A model generated the notes under the pieces. It had not been told where the DNA came from and ran no database searches. It was given only the letters and a program-made list of their open reading frames with translations. 64,000 nt of DNA from a virus: the IMG/VR virus record IMGVR_UViG_3300027973_000044, positions 17,924 to 81,923 of that record. The stretch is one strand, 5' to 3'. A program made the translations under genes and the position numbers. Of the stretch, positions 51,901 to 60,794 are shown in pieces (position 1 is the stretch's first letter; every line of letters begins with the position of its first letter).

Positions 51901-52550
51901 TTAATTTGAGCTATATTAAATGCACCAATTGTATAATCTGTTGCACGTGTGCTATCAATAACCCAAATGGGTTGATCTAGGAAAAAATTATGTGGTGTTG
52001 TGGTTGTTACACGCACATTAGGTGTGCCAGAAATGGAAACCATTGAGGTGAAGGGAATAGGCGCCGTTGTATAAAATCCGCCAAGGTAAGCATTAGTCTC
52101 TGCTGTGGCATAATTGGTGTTGGGTCGAATAGCCAGTCTTTTTCGTGGTGATAAAGTGTATTGGCGGATATTGGGTGCAGCTATGACAAGAGACACACCA
52201 TCTGCTAATCCGTTTAGTGTATTCACAAGCACAATGGGTGTGCCCACGGTGTAAGAGAGAGATGGTGTGTATGTACTGGCTAAATTGAGTGTGAGTCCAC
52301 TTGTGGCTGAAGCAGCAGATAAACTTTGTATTTGATCTGCCATGAGAATAGAATCATCTGTTTTCAAGAATATCGAGGGAGTGTTGTTCATTAATTCCAA
52401 AGTTTCCCACTTGGAGGATTGCAAGGAATATTCGAAATCTGTATCAATTAACGATTGAGGGTTGCTGGTTCGTATTCTTTCAACAGCATCATTTTGTACT
52501 GGCTTTATTATTCGATTGCCAATGTCAGCGCTATTGTATGGAAAGCTCAT
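48900..52550 (-). CDS. Large virion structural protein, paralog B, with LamG insertion
   Basis: SLIDTDFEY, YFRYQSGK, DYSWYGAG and HWGTSVIMDGG; insert DFTVE..WHHVVLQR..FVDG..LDDIRITQG. Confidence 0.75.
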   Translation of the reverse strand: MSFPYNSADIGNRIIKPVQNDAVERIRTSNPQSLIDTDFEYSLQSSKWETLELMNNTPSIFLKTDDSILMADQIQSLSAASATSGLTLNLASTYTPSLSYTVGTPIVLVNTLNGLADGVSLVIAAPNIRQYTLSPRKRLAIRPNTNYATAETNAYLGGFYTTAPIPFTSMVSISGTPNVRVTTTTPHNFFLDQPIWVIDSTRATDYTIGAFNIAQINGPTSFTYVSDLTAGLFPASDTVLNTTNTRLYVRPEGYALHRATDGGVQITSANNSLNSQIIRQTRNYFRYQSGKSILFSTGLLFEPSYDIRNISVDTTAYNQRLSSFYVMIIATEQPHGFAQPSAYLEGASVRLRGLTVQGGINRYNTTFTVASVGDQNTFTVLLPVSSTLTTQFNTLTAPTDISPDGLGKVDVIRWNDAVVRTGLFDEQNGIFFECDGNKLSVVKRSSTNNMTGTITVSNNSTTVFGFNTKFESQLRVGDYIVIRGMSYYVSDINSDFLISIVPKYTGQFITGVRYTKTEEVSFNQENFNLDKLDGTGPSGYTIDLNKMQMLYFDYSWYGAGRVRWGVRATDGSIIFCHQMKNNNVNLEAYMRSGNLPARFEVINKPQRGYILQANQTNVTMYNTLNDLPEPRIVEVKQANNLTGPYFSFRPRLSANLYRYSNSADGVKGLYSLDNIPDNQSTAANPYDRLYSGAFYSFLPFSTTRVKFGTHSVRIEPTYYYNSTIYTGNSTPAFPSDFTVELFVYFDTFQPGFFNNPYSSANTIFYRGAPAYYGIPGFGMHAELTANSKARAIIGLGSYYEQNTFTSSTSVLSLSTWHHVVLQRLNGRCEMFVDGASVVSTTNFNTFEGGQFFFGGMIYGNATYSYLDDIRITQGFAQYPFGNFTPPTQPLTQSGQATTASFNIVSDPENRKVYYKGYDFATQKEIATVQTMLPSTSCITVSPSATFMLPNSGTLLYDYEYMRYSKLRANSAGEQVLRIDRRNVGNLTNSAGVSTIPTPRFFPYNNVFSFNQNCSPTLSHWGTSVIMDGGFTPDKSYLFTAGTATSAAPTLDRDIPLISVRLAPAVDYGIGSFVGVRNLINRSILVLNDVQIVTRQALNVTIKLNCESSLWPVSGNWINAGNGSLAQYVDHTGASVRNTPVSAGVVIGGFLAGEQDSGRNQVTDYNINIIRNLGNSILGGNTVYPDGPDILTVFARPVSASPTNQALCKVTWTEAQG

Positions 52551-55500
52551 CCTTGTGCCTCTGTCCAAGATACCCTGCATCTTGCAGTTGTGGAAGCAGC
52601 AGTATTGGACCGGGCAAATACAGTTAAAATATCAGGCCCATCAGGATATATCAGATTGCCACCCAGTATGCTGTTGCCCAATTCACGTATTGCATCAATG
52701 TCTGTTGTTGTGACTTGCAGACGACCCGAGCTTTGTTCATTGGCAAAATATCCCAGTATGATATCACCACCAGTTGGAAGTGGTGTAGTGCCACGAACAG
52801 AATGATCAATGTATTGCGCCAGACTGCCTGTGCCAGTATTTACCCATGTAGAAAGAGTTGTGAATTGGGTTGAATTGCTATTCAAACGAACTGTCATGTT
52901 CAATGTTTGGCCGGTGATTATGCCAATCTGCTTGAGTGTCAAGTAAGATCTGTTGATGAGACTGCGTATTCCAATGGAGGCAGGGTTACCAGTATCAGCA
53001 GCCGGGGCAAGTCTTACGGATATGAGAGGCACATCAGCAGAAGCGGGAACTGTTATATTGCTCTGATTGATGGCTGTGAAAAGATATGATTTGTCTTGAT
53101 CAAACCCACCATCCATAATAACTGAAGTTCCCCAATGGGACAGAGCAGGAGAGCAATTCTGATTGGCCGAATACACCGTGGTTTTATTCAATAAGAATTG
53201 TGGAACAGATAAGAGACCACCTGTATTTCGTGTTGCGTTAATCAATATGCTTGAAACAGGTGCTGACACAGTATCAGCTAGCTTCACATAATTAAGATTT
53301 TCGTTGCCGATTATTAGTTTGCCAGAGGCAGGCATGGTTACATTTGAAGCTAGCCGGAAAACTGAAGCGCCTGATAGAGCGCTAAACAAAGCAGGAACTT
53401 CATTGTTATCACGAAATACTCTGTAGTTTCGGTAAGTTGTGATTGGATCATTAGATGCTGTCAATGTAGCAGTAACATTACTTAAAATATTTGCTGAAAC
53501 AACAGGAGACAATGAAAAGTATATTATATCATTAGATGACTGTTTGAGTTCATACATGCCACTTGTTGATTGAGTATTGGTAATAGATACGCTAAACTGA
53601 TTGGATTGCAGAGCCACTGTGGGTTGAGATCTGTTTATGATTTCAAATCTGGCTGGTAAATTGCCTGAACGCATGTATGCTTCAGTGTTTGTATTGTTGT
53701 TGACCAATTCATGACAATACACTATCCCACCATCTTCGGCACGAACACCCCATCGTATTCTACCGGCACCATACCAACTATAATCAAAATATATCATTTG
53801 CATTTTGTTGAGATTGATTGTATAGCCGCTTGGACCTGATCCATCAAGTTTGTCTATGTTAAACTGGTCTTGTGCTGCTCTTATTTCTTCTGTCTTTGTT
53901 ATGCGGACCAAAGAAATGCTTGGCCCACGATATGCAGGACTAATATTCAAGGATGTGTCATTGGTAATTTTTGTAATCAGATATGTCATGCCTTGAATTA
54001 CAATGTTATCACCTTCCAGAAGCTGAGAAGTAAACTTAGTATTTGTACCAGTAATTACAGTGCTATTGTTGACTGCAGAAACAGTGCCAGTCAAATTGTT
54101 TGTACTGGAACGCTTCACAGCAAAAAGCTTATTGCCATCACATTCAAAATAAATTCCATTCTGCTCATCAAATAAGCCAGAACGAACCACACTATCATAC
54201 CAACCTACAACTTCCACTTTGCCTATGCCTCCAGGTGATAGGTCGGCAGGACCATTGAACACACTACCTGACACTGGCAGCTGCAAGGTGAATGTCTTGT
54301 TGTCTGTAACAGTATTCACATAATATGTTTGGTTGTATGTGTTGGGTTCAAGTGTGGTTGTGAGATTATTTAACCGCACAAAGGTTCCCTCGGTATACAA
54401 ATTTTTACCAGAAAACCCATGATCCTGTTCTGTGATCACAGTGATATCAAAGAAAGGATAAGATGAAACGTTATAGTTTGCTGTGGATGCAGAAATTCTT
54501 TGAATATCGTAGCTGGGTTTGAATAAAAGCCCAGTACTAAACAATATACTCTTTCCAGATTGATAGCGAAAATATTTGCGTGTTTGTCTTATGATTTGTG
54601 TGTTTTGTGTGCTGGTTCCATTGTTAATCTGCACTCCACCATCAGTGGCTCTATGTAATGCAACGCCTGTGGGACGAACATAAAGACTGGCGCTGGTAGT
54701 GAAGAGATTGGTTGTGGTTGGTGATCCAGATATTGCATTTACCGATGTGTACCGAAATATATTATCTGATAGTATGGAGGTAATATTGAATGGACCGGTA
54801 TGGGGGGCCGATACAGCTGCACTTGGATCAAGCAGGTATATGGGTTGCTGCAAGAAGAATTGCTGGGGGGATTGAGTTTGCACTTGAATTTCATTTGTAC
54901 CGCCTATGCCTGAAAGTGCCACAATAGGAATTCTTGCATTGCTAAAGAAACCACCAGTATAAACAGTAGTGTTGTCAGTTTTATAATTGGCTACAGCAGG
55001 GTTGGGCTGTGTGCGAATGGCCACCAGTACATCACTGGGAGTACTGGACCCTGCTGCACCTTGAGAAAAAACACCCTTCACTATGGAACTGCCATCCACA
55101 TTTGTCAGATCGGATGTTTCACGCAGAACCAATGGCATGCCTCCAAAGAATGCAGGTGTAGGTGTGTTTGTGGTTTGCAGTCTGACCAGATTTCTAAATG
55201 CTGCAGTGAACAGATCATACTGCACTCCGGCTCGGTATGGTAATTGTGTATTGACGGAGAAACCACTGTTTCCAAGAGTTAAACCATCATTTGCAACGAT
55301 AATTTTACTGTTCACGAAGAAATTCTTGAGAGGACAAACAGTGATTCTGTTGCTGCCTGGATAGAAAATATACATGGTGACTACCCCTTCGGTACCCCAG
55401 TTATTATAATAATCTACAGGTTGTTTATTTGAATTGAATCCCAGTGTGAGCACAAGAAATCGTTCATTAGCAGCTCCAATGTTTTCTCGTCTTGAATATA

Positions 55501-56347
55501 CCCGCTTTAAATCGACATAATTATTATAACCGAATGCATTACCTGCATCATTTACAACTCCACCATAGTAACTACCTGGCCAATAATTGGTAACATATAA
55601 TCCTGAAATGTCTGTTCTATTACCGAAAAACGGTGTATTTTGCCAACCAACTCCTCTGTACAACCCCTGAACATTACTTTGATCTAGATTGAAGGTGTTT
55701 ACAGTCTGACCATAGAATAGAATATTGAAAGGCAGAGTGATTGTTGCGTTAATTTGATAATTGTCATAAGTGTATTGATAATTGCCATACTGGTCAAACT
55801 GGTCTGTAAGTGTACCTGCGGCCACCTCAGTCCAACCTGAACTGATGGGGCCATTGCGGGTGCTTCGAGGATCTGTTATGAATACCTCAGAACTTACTGC
55901 ACTGAGCAATGTGGTGAAGCTGCTCACAAAAGGTGAGATGCTGGTGATCTGTTGGTTAGTAAAGCTGGGTTCATTGGATCTTATGAACACACTGGGTATG
56001 TTGTTTGTTAATGGCAGTGTTTCCCATTTGGGTGATTGCAGGGAATATTCAAAATCTGTGTCAATCAAGGATTCAGGATTGGCAGCTCTGATGCGTTCCA
56101 CTGCATCATTTTGAATGGGACGTATAAAATTGTCTGGATTCAGAATGCTGGCATCCACAATTAAATCATTGGCAATCAAGTAACTTGTGAGAGTGGGCAG
56201 AGATGTGTTGGTAACGCTGTCCACAAGGGTTTGACCAGTGATCTTTTTGTTAACATTTGTGGGCGAAACAACTATGGGTATGATATCAGATACACCCAAT
56301 GCAGATGCACCTGGCAATTCAGTGAATTTACGTTGTACCAGAGCCAT
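52547..56347 (-). CDS. Large virion structural protein, paralog A
   Basis: Same conserved blocks as paralog B; N-terminal RKFTELP..DIIPIV..NKKIT fibre-type motif; AATAAATA 6 nt upstream. Confidence 0.75.
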   Translation of the reverse strand: MALVQRKFTELPGASALGVSDIIPIVVSPTNVNKKITGQTLVDSVTNTSLPTLTSYLIANDLIVDASILNPDNFIRPIQNDAVERIRAANPESLIDTDFEYSLQSPKWETLPLTNNIPSVFIRSNEPSFTNQQITSISPFVSSFTTLLSAVSSEVFITDPRSTRNGPISSGWTEVAAGTLTDQFDQYGNYQYTYDNYQINATITLPFNILFYGQTVNTFNLDQSNVQGLYRGVGWQNTPFFGNRTDISGLYVTNYWPGSYYGGVVNDAGNAFGYNNYVDLKRVYSRRENIGAANERFLVLTLGFNSNKQPVDYYNNWGTEGVVTMYIFYPGSNRITVCPLKNFFVNSKIIVANDGLTLGNSGFSVNTQLPYRAGVQYDLFTAAFRNLVRLQTTNTPTPAFFGGMPLVLRETSDLTNVDGSSIVKGVFSQGAAGSSTPSDVLVAIRTQPNPAVANYKTDNTTVYTGGFFSNARIPIVALSGIGGTNEIQVQTQSPQQFFLQQPIYLLDPSAAVSAPHTGPFNITSILSDNIFRYTSVNAISGSPTTTNLFTTSASLYVRPTGVALHRATDGGVQINNGTSTQNTQIIRQTRKYFRYQSGKSILFSTGLLFKPSYDIQRISASTANYNVSSYPFFDITVITEQDHGFSGKNLYTEGTFVRLNNLTTTLEPNTYNQTYYVNTVTDNKTFTLQLPVSGSVFNGPADLSPGGIGKVEVVGWYDSVVRSGLFDEQNGIYFECDGNKLFAVKRSSTNNLTGTVSAVNNSTVITGTNTKFTSQLLEGDNIVIQGMTYLITKITNDTSLNISPAYRGPSISLVRITKTEEIRAAQDQFNIDKLDGSGPSGYTINLNKMQMIYFDYSWYGAGRIRWGVRAEDGGIVYCHELVNNNTNTEAYMRSGNLPARFEIINRSQPTVALQSNQFSVSITNTQSTSGMYELKQSSNDIIYFSLSPVVSANILSNVTATLTASNDPITTYRNYRVFRDNNEVPALFSALSGASVFRLASNVTMPASGKLIIGNENLNYVKLADTVSAPVSSILINATRNTGGLLSVPQFLLNKTTVYSANQNCSPALSHWGTSVIMDGGFDQDKSYLFTAINQSNITVPASADVPLISVRLAPAADTGNPASIGIRSLINRSYLTLKQIGIITGQTLNMTVRLNSNSTQFTTLSTWVNTGTGSLAQYIDHSVRGTTPLPTGGDIILGYFANEQSSGRLQVTTTDIDAIRELGNSILGGNLIYPDGPDILTVFARSNTAASTTARCRVSWTEAQG

Positions 56348-56398
56348 ATGGGTTATTTATTTATTCAAATGACATATTCTATAGTAGATATATGTATA

Positions 56399-58093
56399 TC
56401 AAGGCACATAGCTAAACGAAAAATCAGTTACTAACACTTCAAAATCACTCAGATATGAATATGCAGTGCTGTGATTTCTGATGATGCATGCTGCAGTTGG
56501 TGCCACAGTGGCAGTGCACAATTTGCGGTATGTTTTGGTCAAATATCCTGCAATGCTTCTGGTCACTGTTTGACCTGCTCCTACAGTAAATGCACACAAC
56601 GGAAACACCATGCTGGTGTTATCCAAAGAAACCCCATTGTGCAATCTGTACTGAATATAGTTCAAAAAATTATTGTAAATGGCAGAAGTCATGTTGGTAG
56701 CTGTGGAAGGGAACAAATTGTAGTCATTATTTTCACACCATAATTCTATATTGAATGCAGACAGGGAACCAGCACGAGCACTCACTGGGTTGTTGCTATA
56801 TAGAGTCAGCATATCTGACCCATTGATGCCACTCAATCCAACATAAATCAAAGGTGGTGGTGTTTGTGTGTCTGTTAAGTTTCTACATAATCTCATTCTA
56901 CCTCGGTCCAATGGAGTTATCATAGGCAGTATTCTGTTGCCACATAATTTCCTCAATTGCATGTTGAATTCAACCAAGTTGTTGGTGCCACGGAATCCAA
57001 AATTAGTCTTTTTGGAGAAAAAGAACAAAAACATGGGGTTGCCACCATTGGTTCCGACAGCAGTTCCAGCATATCTATTCGCCAGTATGATCAAATTGGG
57101 ACTGGTTACGGTGCCAGCAACGGTAGTATTGAGAGCAAATCCTTGAAAAGGTGTGTTGTTGGGGTCGTATATTGGTCTTTGTGTGCTGTACCAACCGGAC
57201 TCTGTAGTGCAAGTAGGTGTATTTCCTCTACTGAATGTACGGGGGCGAGGTATCGTGGCACTGTAAGCAGTAGAAATTGTACTATAAGCTATATAGATAT
57301 ATGCACTCAATACATTACCATGACTGGTGTTACCACCTAATGTGTTATCTACATTCAAATACCAGCCAGTAAACGTTGCAGTTGGATCTGAGGCAAAAAA
57401 AATGGGTTGTTCATGAATAACACCTTGACCTGCTATAAAGCCGGTTCTCACGCCTCGGGTGGAAGGAAATTGCGCTTGAAATTGACGGCTATAAAACTGA
57501 AATGTGGGGGCGATAGAATTACCAGAACCACCAGTGGTAAATTCATATATTAATCCATTACTTGATGAATCAGGATATTTTTGTTCTTGAGTGCCTACGG
57601 CAAAACCTGGATCAATACTGTTAACAGCTCTGTAATCAAGAGTCCAGAATTCAGGTTCATCAATGTAAACGCCTGCAACACACCCCAGCGGTTCACCATT
57701 GCCGAAGTTGGTATCACCAAAAACACCTGCCTCCGGGTATGTGCCACTCAACACAGCGCGCTGTGTGCGTGCTGCATTAATAAAGATGTGTGGCCCTTTT
57801 GTTGTTTGTGTTTGACCAGATTCTGCAAAACCTGCCATGTTCAGATTCACTGTGCCTTTCAAGTCATAGAATGTGCCTGTGGTGGCACCTACAGGCACCC
57901 CGCTGTGCTCTGGTAAGAATAGCCAGCCTTGTGTACAATTGTTCCATATGTTCAATCGTTTCATGGTCACAATCAAATCATTGATCTGAACTTTGGCAGC
58001 ATCTGCAATAGGGGTACCTAACTTGTTGAAATATGTCAGAGCTTCTGGTTCATAAATAATCCCTGCATAGTATGTGGTGACTGGTGTTATCAT
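56399..58093 (-). CDS. Hypothetical virion-associated protein
   Basis: 564 aa, ATGA-coupled inside the fibre cluster; N-terminal EALTYF..INDLIVTMKRLNIWN. Confidence 0.6.
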   Translation of the reverse strand: MITPVTTYYAGIIYEPEALTYFNKLGTPIADAAKVQINDLIVTMKRLNIWNNCTQGWLFLPEHSGVPVGATTGTFYDLKGTVNLNMAGFAESGQTQTTKGPHIFINAARTQRAVLSGTYPEAGVFGDTNFGNGEPLGCVAGVYIDEPEFWTLDYRAVNSIDPGFAVGTQEQKYPDSSSNGLIYEFTTGGSGNSIAPTFQFYSRQFQAQFPSTRGVRTGFIAGQGVIHEQPIFFASDPTATFTGWYLNVDNTLGGNTSHGNVLSAYIYIAYSTISTAYSATIPRPRTFSRGNTPTCTTESGWYSTQRPIYDPNNTPFQGFALNTTVAGTVTSPNLIILANRYAGTAVGTNGGNPMFLFFFSKKTNFGFRGTNNLVEFNMQLRKLCGNRILPMITPLDRGRMRLCRNLTDTQTPPPLIYVGLSGINGSDMLTLYSNNPVSARAGSLSAFNIELWCENNDYNLFPSTATNMTSAIYNNFLNYIQYRLHNGVSLDNTSMVFPLCAFTVGAGQTVTRSIAGYLTKTYRKLCTATVAPTAACIIRNHSTAYSYLSDFEVLVTDFSFSYVP

Positions 58094-59388
58094 GCCAAGC
58101 TACCTAATCCCCATACAAAATTATTATATTTGTATAGTAATGTGGAGGAGAAAGGTAATCGTACTTTGGAACCTGTTGCACACAGTATTGGTACTTGTGT
58201 GGAAGATATGTGCAGAGTGTTAGTGCCCAGAGTAATAAGAGTCACATTAAAATTATTGGAGAGGTCACGAGGAACAAGTACGCTAACAGAAGAGGTGGTG
58301 GTATCCACATGATATATGTTTCCATTGTCAGCATCAGAACAAGTATAACCATCTGGAAATTCAGCTAAAGTAATAGTTTTAGATATTCTGAACGTAACAA
58401 ATGCACTAATAGCACAAAGAGTGGTGTAAGCTGAAGACCAATTGGCGCTATTTGCACAAACACTTGTGTATGTGCTTGTCCATTTGGATGCATCAGCAGT
58501 AGCTGCCTGACTATTCGTCCAACCTATGGATGTTAAGATATTTCCTGTATTCACCCAACCTGCACTAAGACTCACCACAGTATCAGTTGTGGAATTCCAA
58601 GCAGGGTAACCATCAATGTTGCTGTCCACCATGAGCAGACTATCCTCTGTGATAAATTCATCTCCAGTTTCACTTATCACATAAGTGAACAATTCATTCA
58701 CAGCTGCATCATAAAAACTACTGTTGGCATTGAAAGATGTATATGCCCCAGACCATAGTCCGCTATTTGCATTTGTGGTGGTGTAATTGCTGTTCCATCT
58801 AGCAGAGGCAGCTGCTAACAAACTAATATCAACTGCAGACAGATAAGCAGCTGAGTTGCTGGTTAAATTGGTGTAAGCTTGAGACCAATTGGCACTGTTA
58901 CTCTGTGTTGTACTAAAATTACTATTCCATTGATTGCTATTGCCACCAAGTGCAATGATAATATTATTAGTACTCAAGGTACCAGACACAGTAGTATTGC
59001 CAGATATGGCCACCTTGGCAGTGCTGTCAATTGTTCTTCCTATGGCAATTCTGGTACCAGATATAATGAAAGTGTTGGTGTTGTATGACCCAGCAATTAC
59101 TGTGTCTGTATCCAATACTTCCAGTATGGGCAATCCAGTAATATCATTTACAGACATTAATGATCCAGTTAGAGCATCAGTGACACTGAACAATCTGCCT
59201 TGTGCACCATCTACTGTGAATCTGTCTAATGCTGTTAGTGCTGTGGCATAGCTTGTGATATTCAAGCCACCACCATTATCGTAATTTAGACGAACAGCGC
59301 TGTTCAATGCAGCAACTGTGGAAGCTCCAGCTACATTTCTATCAAAGAATATGGCACCAGAAACAGGTACAACTAACACATTAGGCAT
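58090..59388 (-). CDS. Fibre protein with NSANW 11-residue repeats
   Basis: GAQGRLFSVTD..SVNDITGLPILEV segment, repeated NSxxWxxxY; TATAAATA at 59395-59402. Confidence 0.7.
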   Translation of the reverse strand: MPNVLVVPVSGAIFFDRNVAGASTVAALNSAVRLNYDNGGGLNITSYATALTALDRFTVDGAQGRLFSVTDALTGSLMSVNDITGLPILEVLDTDTVIAGSYNTNTFIISGTRIAIGRTIDSTAKVAISGNTTVSGTLSTNNIIIALGGNSNQWNSNFSTTQSNSANWSQAYTNLTSNSAAYLSAVDISLLAAASARWNSNYTTTNANSGLWSGAYTSFNANSSFYDAAVNELFTYVISETGDEFITEDSLLMVDSNIDGYPAWNSTTDTVVSLSAGWVNTGNILTSIGWTNSQAATADASKWTSTYTSVCANSANWSSAYTTLCAISAFVTFRISKTITLAEFPDGYTCSDADNGNIYHVDTTTSSVSVLVPRDLSNNFNVTLITLGTNTLHISSTQVPILCATGSKVRLPFSSTLLYKYNNFVWGLGSLA

Positions 59389-59397
59389 ATGCTATAT

Positions 59398-60102
59398 TTA
59401 TAGGAAAAACCTGCTCTTTGTGGCATTATAATTCTGCAAGATTTCTGTTTGTGATAATGCACGGTTATATATAGTTACATTATACAAATTTGAGTTTGTA
59501 TCATAAGGTCTTCCTTGTGCATTTCCGATTATTAATGAGTCGGAATTAGTTAAGTTTCCTAAAGTAAAACTATTATTTGTGACAGATGATATAAGCTGCC
59601 CATTTCTATATTGTCTTAATGTATTGTTTAAGCCATTATTAGATCTTTCTGCTACAAAACTATAAAAACAAATAGAACTTAATATGTGTATTTGAGTAGA
59701 AGAGTTCATTAAATTTGGAGTAATATCATAGTAAAATCCTGTGCTATATCTAAAAGTAAATCCAGTAAATGAACCAGGACTAGTCGTCGTTCCTCTTTTA
59801 GTTAGATAACCACCAAAGCTAGCTTCAATATTAAATATATTACAAAATAAATTTATACTAAAAGAACTTGTTCCAAAATTTCCTAAAGTATTGTTTGAGC
59901 ATTGTATTGAACTACCATTAAGATTTATGCCTCCTCCATATTCATTTAAAAATGTAAAACTTCCAGCTATATTAAAATCATTATTATTATTAGATAAATC
60001 ATACCAGATATTTCCGCTTCTGGGATAACTTTTATTATTAGCAGCATCCAAGGATAGGATTAATGCATCTGTGATGATATCAGGGCCTCCGCTGACACTC
60101 AT
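59398..60102 (-). CDS. LamG/ConA-like lectin-domain protein
   Basis: LSLDAANNKSY..WYDLS and YNRALSQTEILQNYNATKSRF. Confidence 0.8.
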   Translation of the reverse strand: MSVSGGPDIITDALILSLDAANNKSYPRSGNIWYDLSNNNNDFNIAGSFTFLNEYGGGINLNGSSIQCSNNTLGNFGTSSFSINLFCNIFNIEASFGGYLTKRGTTTSPGSFTGFTFRYSTGFYYDITPNLMNSSTQIHILSSICFYSFVAERSNNGLNNTLRQYRNGQLISSVTNNSFTLGNLTNSDSLIIGNAQGRPYDTNSNLYNVTIYNRALSQTEILQNYNATKSRFFL

Positions 60103-60794
60103 AGTTTAAACCTTCCTTTCAAAGCATTATAATTTTGTAGAATTTCAGATGGTAGCAATTCACGATTGTACAGTGATACAAATGAAATATTACCAGAAAA
60201 ACGATGTGCAAAGGTCGCCCCTGGTACAGTAGCAACAGTACAATCCACAGCTGTAGTATTTAGACTATATGCATCATCAAAAGTCGTGGCAGACTTCTGC
60301 AATCCGTTTATAAAAATCTTGAAAGCGTGAGTACTGCCGCCTGCCGCATATGTGGCACTTAAGAAAACCCAATTATTAATGCCTGCCCATTCATTTGTCA
60401 TGACTGAGGTTAATAAACACTCCACCCCTATATACCCACTTGCATCTAACCATAAAGCAGATCTACTGCCCTGATAATCATTACTTCCAATTCCAAAAAG
60501 CTCTCTCCCGTCCTCTAATGTGTTTGCATTGAAAACGGCGCACATGCTTCTTGCATTTGATCCTGTTGGAAATTGAGCAGAAAAAGGTATGGAAGTATAG
60601 TTATCTCCGTTAAATACGATACTGCCTCCATTTGCAGCATCAAAAGATGGTCCATCAATCAAGGTACCATCATTACCATATCCACTCAAATCTCTCCAAG
60701 TATCACCTGAGCCAGGATAGCTCTTGCGGTTACCTGCATCCAGGCAGAGCACTAATCCATCGGTAGCTATTTTAGGTGAATGATGAAAGCTCAT
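60099..60794 (-). CDS. LamG/ConA-like lectin-domain protein
   Basis: DGLVLCLDAGNRKSYPGSGDTWRDLSG and YNRELLPSEILQNYNALKGRF; ATGA overlap at 60794. Confidence 0.8.
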   Translation of the reverse strand: MSFHHSPKIATDGLVLCLDAGNRKSYPGSGDTWRDLSGYGNDGTLIDGPSFDAANGGSIVFNGDNYTSIPFSAQFPTGSNARSMCAVFNANTLEDGRELFGIGSNDYQGSRSALWLDASGYIGVECLLTSVMTNEWAGINNWVFLSATYAAGGSTHAFKIFINGLQKSATTFDDAYSLNTTAVDCTVATVPGATFAHRFSGNISFVSLYNRELLPSEILQNYNALKGRFKL

